Source of the DNA: Oceanispirochaeta sp.
GTDB lineage: Bacteria > Spirochaetota > Spirochaetia > DSM-2461
NCBI GenBank assembly: GCA_963666275.2
Contig: CAXXOA010000002.1
Span: forward strand, 1,952,001 to 2,016,000
Reading direction: 5' to 3'
Length of the DNA: 64,000 nt
The position numbers and the translations under genes were made by a program. The notes beneath the pieces are model-generated. The model had not been told where the DNA came from. It was given only the letters and a program-made list of their open reading frames with translations, and made no database searches. Position 1 is the first letter of the stretch, and the number at the start of each line of letters is the position of its first letter. Shown one piece after another: positions 55,686 to 64,000 of this stretch.

Positions 55686-57182
55686 ATGAACAGAATACGG
55701 AAAGTTATTCCTGTTTTAACCTCTTTTTTCACCGCTCTTGTCCTTCTCTGGATATTCCTGTCCCAGGACTTTTCAGGAGCCTACTGGTCCCGCTGGTACC
55801 CTCTTCTCATTCCGTCAGATCAGGTCACATCTTCTCTTGTGGAACAGCTGAAAGAAGTGAACGGCCGGCTTGTCTACGGGAGTGATCTGCTATATAGATA
55901 CAGCGGCCTGGGAGGAGAGGATTCCTCACGGGGCGGTCAGCTCGAATCCGGTCAGGCTCTGCTGGACAATGATCCCCGGTTCGACCCCTTTCTGAAAAAA
56001 GCAAATCGTTATTTTAAAGATGACTTATATGATTTTTTCTATTTACCAGCCGACAGATCTTCGTTAAAATATAAAAACGGCCTGAGAGACATATGGCAAG
56101 ATAACTGGATATTACCCGATTTCTCATGGGATAAACCTGTTCTTCTCCTGGCGGCAGTTTTAACTTTATTTCTGCTGATCAGAGCAGGGAGGCAGTTTGT
56201 TCCTGTCCTTCTGATGACTGCTTTAATAGCGGGAAACCTCTATCTGGGAGACTCCCGTTTCCTGATGCCGGGGGTTTTGATCCTTTTTTTACTCAGCCAG
56301 TACAGAAAGCCGGCAAAATACCGCATTTTTCTGACAATTCTGATACCCCTGGGAGGAATGCTTTTTCTCCTGAACGGTACGGTTAGTCTGAAAAATGCGG
56401 CTGCTGTTATGCTTATATATATCTCAGGGATGGCAATTCCCCTTTCTCACACATCTGAGAGAAAGAAACAAAGGCCTGAAAGGGTCCGGAAGGGGAGAAG
56501 CCGGGACCATGAACTTTTTCTTCCTGTTTCTCTGACCGGACGGACCATGCCGGCGGTGCGGGAAGTCTCCCACAGGGATCGTCGGGGGCTGATCCTTACT
56601 GCTCTCCAGGCTGGGATGGCGATTGTGCTGTTTCTTCTGGTTCTGACGGCAGAAAGGCATTTTCCCGTCTCCTTTCCTGCCGCCTCCACCGAGGCGGAAA
56701 GCCCCTGGACTTATGAAAGTCTGGACGGGGCCGAAGGGAACGGCGCGCTTCCGGGGGTAAAGGATATGCTGATTCACCGGGCATATCAGGAGTCATTCTC
56801 CTACGGAGGAACATGGATGATGCCCCAGAGGGGCTCTACGGTGAACCTTGAACGTTTTTCTCTGAAAGAGGGGAAAATCGTCTCAACAGTCAAACCGGTA
56901 CTTGTTTTTGATCAGGCCTGGTTTGACAGGTTTTTTGAAGAGATGGCTCAGGAAGGGCCGGGTGTGCTTCTCGGAAGCGAACCCTATCTGCCTGACATAT
57001 CTTATACAAACCGGATCGCCCGGGCTCCCCTGAAAGGGGATCTTGTGCTTTCAGGTTTACTGTTATTTTTGGGAATACTACTGAGTCTTTTGAACTGGGC
57101 GGCTTCACCCGTATCCGGTTCGGAGGATTTCAGGATGAGGAATCATTTACTACTCTTAAGGAGGAAGCAACAGGCAGCATGA
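55686..57182 (+). CDS. Hypothetical multi-pass membrane protein
   Basis: Several hydrophobic segments; stop overlaps the rnfC start (ATGA). Confidence 0.75.
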   Translation: MNRIRKVIPVLTSFFTALVLLWIFLSQDFSGAYWSRWYPLLIPSDQVTSSLVEQLKEVNGRLVYGSDLLYRYSGLGGEDSSRGGQLESGQALLDNDPRFDPFLKKANRYFKDDLYDFFYLPADRSSLKYKNGLRDIWQDNWILPDFSWDKPVLLLAAVLTLFLLIRAGRQFVPVLLMTALIAGNLYLGDSRFLMPGVLILFLLSQYRKPAKYRIFLTILIPLGGMLFLLNGTVSLKNAAAVMLIYISGMAIPLSHTSERKKQRPERVRKGRSRDHELFLPVSLTGRTMPAVREVSHRDRRGLILTALQAGMAIVLFLLVLTAERHFPVSFPAASTEAESPWTYESLDGAEGNGALPGVKDMLIHRAYQESFSYGGTWMMPQRGSTVNLERFSLKEGKIVSTVKPVLVFDQAWFDRFFEEMAQEGPGVLLGSEPYLPDISYTNRIARAPLKGDLVLSGLLLFLGILLSLLNWAASPVSGSEDFRMRNHLLLLRRKQQAA

Positions 57183-58519
57183 AGCGTTTTAATACTTTCC
57201 CTAAAGGGGGAATACACCCCCGGGACTGTAAGGAAGCAACCTGCGAAAAGGCCATACAGAATGCCAGTATGTCCAGTACCGCAGTCATTCCGCTCTCTCA
57301 GCATATCGGTGCACCAGCCGAATGTCTTGTGAAGAAGGGAGATACAGTCGAAGAGGGCCAGCTCATTGGGCAGTCCGGCGGATTTGTTTCCGCGAATATT
57401 CACTCCCCCGTACCGGGTGAAGTGAAGGAAATCAAGAATATTTTTCTTCCAAACGGCATCTCCACTCCTGCAGTGGTTATCGAAATGCAGGGAGAGTTCT
57501 CCCGGCTCGGTAAAGAAGTACCCCGCAACAGCTGGGAAGAGAAAAGCATAGAGGAACTCACAGCGAAAATTTCCGAGATGGGAATTGTCGGACAGGGGGG
57601 AGCCACCTTCCCCACACATGTGAAACTGTCTGTTCCCAAAGGAAAAACCTGCGAAGTTTTTATCATCAATGCGGTTGAGTGCGAACCCTACCTGACCTCG
57701 GACCACAGGGTCATGCTTGAAAAGGGCAAAGAAGTTCTGGAAGGCATCAGAATTATGCAGAAAATACTGCAGCCCCGGCGGACGGTTATCGGTATCGAAT
57801 CCAATAAGATGGATGCGGTTGAGCACCTCACCTCTCTGATCAGCCAGGCCGGTTTTGAGATGGAAGTCATGCCTCTTGCGGTGAAATATCCCCAGGGAGC
57901 TGAAAAAAATCTGATTAAGGCCGTTACAGGCAGAGAAGTCCCCTCGGGCAAGCTTCCCCTGGAAGTGGGCGTGATCAATGCCAACGTGGGAACCTGTCTT
58001 TCCGTTTATGAAGCGGTCGTAGAGGACAAGCCTGTTATTGAGCGTGTTGTTACCGTTTCCGGCGGAGCCATCAAGGATCCAGGCAACCTGAAAGCCCGAA
58101 TCGGAACTTCCTTCAGGACTCTTATAGAGGACTGCGGCGGGTTCTCCGAGGAGCCTGTAAAGATTATTGCCGGCGGACCCATGATGGGATTCACGGTTTA
58201 TGATCTGGATACTCCTGTTATCAAAGGTACCAGCGGGATCCTGGCTCTTACAGCAAAAGAGATCAAAGCTTCGGCTCAGACTGCCTGTCTTTCCTGCGGA
58301 CGCTGTATCACCTCCTGTCCCATGGGCCTGAATCCAACAAAGATATTCAAATTTATTGATAACAATATGAACGATGAATCAGCCGAAGCCGGTTTGATGG
58401 ACTGCGTGGAGTGCGGATCCTGTGCTTTCATGTGTCCCGCTCATATCCCTCTGGTTCAGGGATTCCGTAAAGGGAAGAAAATCCTCAGGAAACAATCCAT
58501 GAAGAAGGCGGGAAAATGA
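57179..58519 (+). CDS. rnfC: Rnf complex subunit C
   Basis: GGIHP, QHIGAPA, GGATFPTHVKL, ECEPYLTSD, GGPMMG and two 4Fe-4S motifs. Confidence 0.96.
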   Translation: MKRFNTFPKGGIHPRDCKEATCEKAIQNASMSSTAVIPLSQHIGAPAECLVKKGDTVEEGQLIGQSGGFVSANIHSPVPGEVKEIKNIFLPNGISTPAVVIEMQGEFSRLGKEVPRNSWEEKSIEELTAKISEMGIVGQGGATFPTHVKLSVPKGKTCEVFIINAVECEPYLTSDHRVMLEKGKEVLEGIRIMQKILQPRRTVIGIESNKMDAVEHLTSLISQAGFEMEVMPLAVKYPQGAEKNLIKAVTGREVPSGKLPLEVGVINANVGTCLSVYEAVVEDKPVIERVVTVSGGAIKDPGNLKARIGTSFRTLIEDCGGFSEEPVKIIAGGPMMGFTVYDLDTPVIKGTSGILALTAKEIKASAQTACLSCGRCITSCPMGLNPTKIFKFIDNNMNDESAEAGLMDCVECGSCAFMCPAHIPLVQGFRKGKKILRKQSMKKAGK

Positions 58520-59544
58520 AAAATAATCTGAAAATTACAAGTTCACCCCAGTTTCATCATCCCCAGTCTACCTCCAGTATTATGTGGACCGTTTCTCTGT
58601 GTCTGCTCCCGGCAGGTATCTGGGGCGTGTATGTTTTCGGTCTCAGAGCCCTTATCGTGACTCTGGCAGCTGTCATCGCCTCTGTGGGAACAGAAGCTCT
58701 GATGGGCAGGATCAACGGAAAGCAGACGACCTTTGACGGCAGCGCTTTCCTGACAGGACTGCTGATCGGGTACAATATGCCTCCGGCAGTTCCCGTGTAT
58801 GTGGTTGTTGTGGCATCGGTTTTTGCGATTGCCGTTGTGAAATGGACCTTTGGCGGTCTGGGCGGCAACTGGATGAATCCTGCACTGGCAGGACGTGTCT
58901 TTGTTTTCTTCTCCTGGACAAAGGGTATGACAACATGGACCCTTCCCATGACCCACGGGGCTGATGCCGTTACCGGACCCACCCCTCTGGGATCAATCAA
59001 GACAGGACTGATGGCTATCAGCGATTCCATCCATGGACCTCTTGATCTGCTGGCGGCAGAGGGCGTTCCTGTTTCCTATATGGATCTGTTTCTGGGACGT
59101 ATTCCCGGAAGTATCGGAGAAGTTTCCGCTCTCCTGCTTATCCTGGGAGCCCTGTTCCTTATCGTCAAGAAAATAGTCAACTGGGAAATCGTTGTTTCCT
59201 ATATCGGAAGTTTTGCTCTTCTGGTCTGGCTGTTCGGAGGATTCCGCTACGGAACCGGACTTTTTACAGGAGATGTCCTTTTTCATCTGCTTTCCGGCGG
59301 ACTGATGCTGGGAGCCCTGTTCATGGCTACCGATATGGTCACGTCTCCTCTGACTGTGAAAGGGATGATCATCTACGGTCTGGGTTGCGGTTTCATGACC
59401 TATCTTCTCAGATTCTTCGGGTCTGTTCCCGAAGGTGTTTCCCTGGCGATCATTTTTATGAATATTTTTGTTCCCCTTATCAATCGGGCCTTTCAGCCGG
59501 AGAAATTCGGTGTTGTACCCGCTGAAGAGGAGGCTCAGAAATGA
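58516..59544 (+). CDS. rnfD: Rnf complex subunit D
   Basis: FGGLG.N.MNPAL.GR, TGPTPL, GSIGEVS and FMATDMVTSP. Confidence 0.95.
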   Translation: MKNNLKITSSPQFHHPQSTSSIMWTVSLCLLPAGIWGVYVFGLRALIVTLAAVIASVGTEALMGRINGKQTTFDGSAFLTGLLIGYNMPPAVPVYVVVVASVFAIAVVKWTFGGLGGNWMNPALAGRVFVFFSWTKGMTTWTLPMTHGADAVTGPTPLGSIKTGLMAISDSIHGPLDLLAAEGVPVSYMDLFLGRIPGSIGEVSALLLILGALFLIVKKIVNWEIVVSYIGSFALLVWLFGGFRYGTGLFTGDVLFHLLSGGLMLGALFMATDMVTSPLTVKGMIIYGLGCGFMTYLLRFFGSVPEGVSLAIIFMNIFVPLINRAFQPEKFGVVPAEEEAQK

Positions 59545-60080
59545 CATATACCATGGAAAAGGCCGGTAAACTGGCCCTTATCTGCGCACTTTCCGCCCTT
59601 CTGCTGGGTATTATCAACAGCCTGACCGAACCGGTTATTGCCGAACGGAAAAGGATAGAACTGCAGAATGCTCTCATTTCCCTTATTGAAGAGGGAGCTC
59701 CCGGAGAGGTGGAAGCCATTGGCGAAGGAAGCATTAACTCCCGATATCCCATTGTAGGACCCGGCGGCTGGATACTGGATATGACCGGTAAAGGCTACGG
59801 GGGAGACATGAAGATCCTGGCGTCTTTCAAAGAAGACGGTACCATTATGGATATTGTTCTGATGGATAATGCCGAAACTCCCGGTCTGGGAAAAAAAGCT
59901 GAAAAATCGGAATATATGGACAAATACCGGAGCACCGGAGGGGATTCTCCTGTTCCTGTCACCAAGAATATGCTGGGTGCCGGGGCTGACGCTGTAAGCG
60001 GTGCAACCATTACTTTTGCCGGTATAGGACGGGCTCTTGCCGAAGGGGCCGATTATGTCAAATCACTGGGAGATAATTAA
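59541..60080 (+). CDS. rnfG: Rnf complex subunit G
   Basis: GYGG, ETPGLG and FMN-attachment motif DAVSGATIT. Confidence 0.93.
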   Translation: MTYTMEKAGKLALICALSALLLGIINSLTEPVIAERKRIELQNALISLIEEGAPGEVEAIGEGSINSRYPIVGPGGWILDMTGKGYGGDMKILASFKEDGTIMDIVLMDNAETPGLGKKAEKSEYMDKYRSTGGDSPVPVTKNMLGAGADAVSGATITFAGIGRALAEGADYVKSLGDN

Positions 60081-60704
60081 ATGAGCGAACTGACCAAAGG
60101 ATTTATCCGGGAAAACCCGATTTTCATCCTCATGCTGGGACTGTGTCCCTCACTGGCTGTTTCAACTCAGGTAGTTAACGCCCTGGGTATGAGCGCCGGT
60201 ACAATTTTTGTATTGCTGGGTTCCAATATCATGGTAGCCCTTCTGAAGAATTTCATTCCTGATGAGATTCATATTCCCGCGTATATCGTTATTATCGCCA
60301 CCTTTGTAACTCTGGTGGATCTGCTGATGCAGGCCTATGCCCCGGCTCTTTCCAAAAGCCTGGGTGTGTTTGTACAGCTGATTGTAGTAAACTGTATCAT
60401 TCTGGGACGTGCAGAGGCTTTCGCCAGTAAAAACAGCGTAAAAGACTCTATCACCGATGCCCTGTCCATGGGATTCGGTTTCTTTTTCGGACTGACACTG
60501 ATCGCGCTGATCCGTGAAGTCCTGGGTGCCGGAACAATTACCCTTTTCCCTATGGGAGACTTTAACGGCGTCATCGAGCTGCCCGGTCTTGTTTCCGCTC
60601 CTGTCCGGATCATTTCCCTTTCTGCAGGTGCTCTGCTTGTGGTCGGGTATCTGAAAGGAATGTTCAACTGGCTCAGTACCAAGTCTGCGAAGGAGGCTGC
60701 CTGA
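60081..60704 (+). CDS. rnfE: Rnf complex subunit E
   Basis: ENP...LGLCPSLAVS and LIVVNCIILGRAEAFASKN. Confidence 0.95.
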   Translation: MSELTKGFIRENPIFILMLGLCPSLAVSTQVVNALGMSAGTIFVLLGSNIMVALLKNFIPDEIHIPAYIVIIATFVTLVDLLMQAYAPALSKSLGVFVQLIVVNCIILGRAEAFASKNSVKDSITDALSMGFGFFFGLTLIALIREVLGAGTITLFPMGDFNGVIELPGLVSAPVRIISLSAGALLVVGYLKGMFNWLSTKSAKEAA

Positions 60705-61294
60705 TGACCTATATTGGCATTATAATTACCTATGTATTTATCAGTAACCTTATTCTGTCTCAGTTCCTGGGTCTGTGTCCCTTTATCGGTGTTTCCAAAA
60801 ATGTGGAATCCGCCGTGGGAATGGGTTTTGCTGTAACTTTTGTTATGTCTATTGCTTCTCTGGTCACCTGGGCTCTGTATCATCTGATTCTGATGCCTCT
60901 GGGACTGGGATATCTTCAGACTATTGTGTTTATCCTGACTATCGCTTCACTGGTTCAGCTTGTTGAAATGGTTGTTCAGAAATATTCTCCCATCCTTTAC
61001 AAAGCACTGGGAATCTACCTTCCCCTGATCACAACAAACTGTGCTGTTATGGGTATTGCCCTTATCAACATAAAAAGCGGTTACAATGTGATGGAAAGCT
61101 TTGTGGCGGGATTTTCCGCCGGTATGGGTTTTCTCCTGGCGATCCTTCTGATGTCAGCCATCCGTGTGCAGATGGAAACAGAGAAGGTACCCCGGTATCT
61201 GAAAGGAGCCCCCATTGCTTTTATCAGCGGTGGTTTGATGGCTATGGCGTTTATGGCTTTTGACAAAGCCCTTCTGAACAATCTGATAGGATAA
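60704..61294 (+). CDS. rnfA: Rnf complex subunit A
   Basis: FLGLCPFIGVS and LGIYLPLITTNCAV. Confidence 0.95.
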   Translation: MTYIGIIITYVFISNLILSQFLGLCPFIGVSKNVESAVGMGFAVTFVMSIASLVTWALYHLILMPLGLGYLQTIVFILTIASLVQLVEMVVQKYSPILYKALGIYLPLITTNCAVMGIALINIKSGYNVMESFVAGFSAGMGFLLAILLMSAIRVQMETEKVPRYLKGAPIAFISGGLMAMAFMAFDKALLNNLIG

Positions 61295-61297
61295 GAC

Positions 61298-62143
61298 ATG
61301 ATGAACGAAGTAATGAGAATTTTCTGGGGATTCCTGTCTACTGTTGTGTTCGGGGGTCTTCTGGGTCTGGGACTGGCTGTGGCCTCCCGGAAACTGAAAG
61401 TGGAGAAAGATGAGACCGTGGAGGCCCTGGACGGGGCTCTTCCCGGACTGAACTGCGGTGCCTGCGGATATGCAGGATGTTCCGGCTATGCCGAAGCCCT
61501 GGCTGAGAAAAAAGAAGATGATATTACCAAGTGCAAACCCGGAGGAGCCGACTCTCTGGCTGCTATCGGGGAGATCCTTGGTATTGAAGTGGATGTGGAT
61601 GCTGTCAAAATGGTGGCCCGTGTCCATTGTATCGGTACCACCGAAAAAGCGACAAGAAGTTTTGAATACAGCGGTCTGAACGACTGTAATGCGGCAACCG
61701 TTCTGTTCGGGGGCAGCAAGGATTGTAAATTCGGCTGTCTCGGGCTGGGAAGCTGTCTGAGTGTCTGTCCCGTTAATGCAATCAGAAAAACCGATGACGG
61801 TCTTGTGAAAGTTGACGCGGCAACCTGCATTTCCTGCGGTAAATGCGTTGATATCTGTCCTACCGGGGTTATGAAGATGATTCCCGAAGATGCTGACTTT
61901 GTGGTGGCCTGTAATTCCCGGGATAAAGGGAAAGACACAAAATCCAAATGTAGTGTAGGATGTATAGCCTGCCGGATCTGTGAGAAAAAATTTCCTGAAG
62001 CCGGATATAAAATAGAGGATAATTTATCAATATTGCGGTATGATGATAGGGGACCCGGACGGGCCGATGCGGCAGAGAAGTGTCCGGCCAAATGTATCAT
62101 TCCGTATACTGATATAAAAACCGAAGCTCCTGCAGAAGAATAA
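61298..62143 (+). CDS. rnfB: Rnf complex subunit B
   Basis: LPGLNCGACGYAGC and multiple ferredoxin-type Cys motifs. Confidence 0.95.
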   Translation: MMNEVMRIFWGFLSTVVFGGLLGLGLAVASRKLKVEKDETVEALDGALPGLNCGACGYAGCSGYAEALAEKKEDDITKCKPGGADSLAAIGEILGIEVDVDAVKMVARVHCIGTTEKATRSFEYSGLNDCNAATVLFGGSKDCKFGCLGLGSCLSVCPVNAIRKTDDGLVKVDAATCISCGKCVDICPTGVMKMIPEDADFVVACNSRDKGKDTKSKCSVGCIACRICEKKFPEAGYKIEDNLSILRYDDRGPGRADAAEKCPAKCIIPYTDIKTEAPAEE

Positions 62144-62189
62144 ACGGAGCTAAGGTCTATCTGTATAAGATAACCGATTTGCATTTTAA

Positions 62190-64000
62190 ATGAAAAAGAT
62201 AAAGCTGGTATTCGGTACAATTAATACACAACCTCTCGGTTTGCAGGATCATCTTTATGAAGATGCCTACCAGAAGGCCTATAAACCGTTTCTGACGGCA
62301 GTGTATAACTATCCGGAAATCGCTTTGTCTCTGCACTATTCAGGGCCTCTTCTTTCCTGGCTGGAAAAGAGGCATCCTGAATTTATAACTGTCCTCAGAG
62401 AGATGGTCGACCGTAAACAGGTCGAGATTCTGGGAGGGAGTTATTTTGAACCCATTCTGCCTCTGATTCCCTCTTCCGACAGGGTGGGGCAGATCGAAAT
62501 GATGACAACCTATCTGAGGAAAACCTTTGGGAAACGCTCCCGGGGGGTATGGCTCTCCGGAAATATCTGGGAAAATCCCCTGACCTACACCCTCAAAAGC
62601 TGCGGCATGGAGTACCTGTTTCTTGATGAAAGTGTATTCCGGGACGCAGGCGTACGGGACAGCCGCCTCATGGAACCTGTCCTGACGGAAGATCAGGGGA
62701 AAACCGTTTATGTTCTGCCTCTGTGTGACAGGATGAGCGGGAAATTCTTTCATAATGCTCCGGGACAGGTCATTGAAGAAATGAAAACTCTCGCTGATGA
62801 ATCCACAGGTTCTCCAGTACTCTCTCTCATTCTGCCCGGGGAACAGCTCTCCCACGAGACTTCACGGACCGCTCTGGCCTGCAATACCGCCTGGCTGGAG
62901 GAGTTTTTCTCTCTTGTTCTGAAAAATTCAAACTGGATCGATGTGGAACTTCCCGGCAAACTCGTCAGAAATCTGACAGTGGCGGAAAGGCGCTATTTTC
63001 CACCGACAACCTATACAAAGCTGATGGAGTGGCGCGAGACAGGAAATCCTGCTCCCAAATCGGACAACCGGCACTTCCGGCACTTTCTCACCTCCTATAA
63101 GGAGAGCGACTATCTGTACTCCAAGATGATGTACACACAGGTCCTGGTCAATCAGGTGAGAGGGGATAAATACCGCAAGAAATCTGCTCGGGAAGAGCTC
63201 TGGAAGGGGCAGAATCACAGCCCCTACTGGCATGGTCCCGACAGGGGAATCTATAATATTCAGCTCAGGCACAATGCCTACCGTTTTCTTATAGAAGCGG
63301 AAAAAGTGACCCGGGAAAAGGGAATCTTTATTCCCTCCCTGACTCCTCTGGACTTTGATATGGATGGAAGAAATGAATATCTCTATCAGGGACATACCCT
63401 CAATGCCTATGCCCATTTGAAAGGAGGAGTTCTTTTTGAAATGGATTACCTCCCTTCCAGCTGGAACTATCTGAATACTTTTTCCCGCTACCAGGACTTC
63501 AGTACCCCTCCGGGTGTGGAGCTGAAAGACAATTACAAGCGGAAAGCCTTTCATGACCATTTCTTTGAAAAGGTGGACCTTGATTCCTTTCTGGACAATA
63601 CCTATCAGGAATCGGGGGATTTTCTTAACGGGATCTACGACGTGGAAAACCATAACCGGGAAAAACAGGTCCTTGTGATGACAAGAACAGGATCGGTCAG
63701 TAAAAACGGTAAAAAGTCTCCCCTTCAGATTAAAAAGCAGTACGATTTCAAGCGGAACAGCATTGAGCTGCAGTACGAGATCACCAACAAGGGGTATGAG
63801 AAAAGGGATTACCATTTCGGCAGTGAGCTGAATCTGGCCCTGCCGGCTCCGGAAACCCACGAATCCCGGTTCTGTTATATCAACAGGCAGGAGGAGTTCC
63901 TGGATTTCGACGGAATTCCCCTGGAAATTTCAGATATGCAGATTCTGCAGATACAGGATCTGATGAACAATACGACCCTGCAGCTGGACTTCTCCGTCCT
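62190..64000 (+). CDS. GH57 alpha-amylase/4-alpha-glucanotransferase-like protein, 3'-truncated by the window end
   Basis: Translated by hand (not in the ORF track): MKKIKLVFGT..., LHYSGPLL.W, EILGGSYFEPIL, YWHG...GIY and DFDMDGRNEY. Confidence 0.88.
   Translation, partial: MKKIKLVFGTINTQPLGLQDHLYEDAYQKAYKPFLTAVYNYPEIALSLHYSGPLLSWLEKRHPEFITVLREMVDRKQVEILGGSYFEPILPLIPSSDRVGQIEMMTTYLRKTFGKRSRGVWLSGNIWENPLTYTLKSCGMEYLFLDESVFRDAGVRDSRLMEPVLTEDQGKTVYVLPLCDRMSGKFFHNAPGQVIEEMKTLADESTGSPVLSLILPGEQLSHETSRTALACNTAWLEEFFSLVLKNSNWIDVELPGKLVRNLTVAERRYFPPTTYTKLMEWRETGNPAPKSDNRHFRHFLTSYKESDYLYSKMMYTQVLVNQVRGDKYRKKSAREELWKGQNHSPYWHGPDRGIYNIQLRHNAYRFLIEAEKVTREKGIFIPSLTPLDFDMDGRNEYLYQGHTLNAYAHLKGGVLFEMDYLPSSWNYLNTFSRYQDFSTPPGVELKDNYKRKAFHDHFFEKVDLDSFLDNTYQESGDFLNGIYDVENHNREKQVLVMTRTGSVSKNGKKSPLQIKKQYDFKRNSIELQYEITNKGYEKRDYHFGSELNLALPAPETHESRFCYINRQEEFLDFDGIPLEISDMQILQIQDLMNNTTLQLDFSV

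Noticed and set aside
62928..63860. 310-aa minus-strand ORF (and 62340..62855)
   Set aside because: Antisense to the GH57-like gene, which the ORF track missed because it runs off the window.

Overview
The window looks like chromosomal DNA of an anaerobic spirochaete (Spirochaetaceae-like; inferred from protein families such as type-2 IleRS, DUF6675-like paralogues and HrpA next to HisS, not from a search). Bases 1-~5400 are a very AT-rich surface-polysaccharide block (acetyltransferase, KpsS-like protein, Wzy-like protein, two GT4 enzymes), followed by gnu and wzz. Next is a six-gene envelope module: ABC ATPase, two MacB/FtsX-type permeases, a LolA-like protein, a probable beta-barrel and a DUF6675-like protein. 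Housekeeping and envelope genes follow (diguanylate cyclase, ileS, hisH/hisF, iscS-like/thiI, ArsR, wecA, one-POTRA OMP, aroB, hrpA, hisS). An anaerobic purine/urate-degradation cluster (ygfK, ssnA, ygeY, ygeW, carbamate kinase, YheO-like regulator) carries two uncharacterised PLP fold-type-II enzymes but no ygeX/dpaL in this window, and is split by a LacI-aglEFG sugar cassette. The window ends with pcnB, rnfCDGEAB and a truncated GH57 protein lacking both catalytic residues. The intergenic DNA holds several families of short palindromic repeats, three tandem arrays (69, 52 and 143 bp units), a 40-bp element nested in another repeat, and a candidate ~70-nt small RNA. No rRNA, tRNA, CRISPR-Cas or transposase was recognised.
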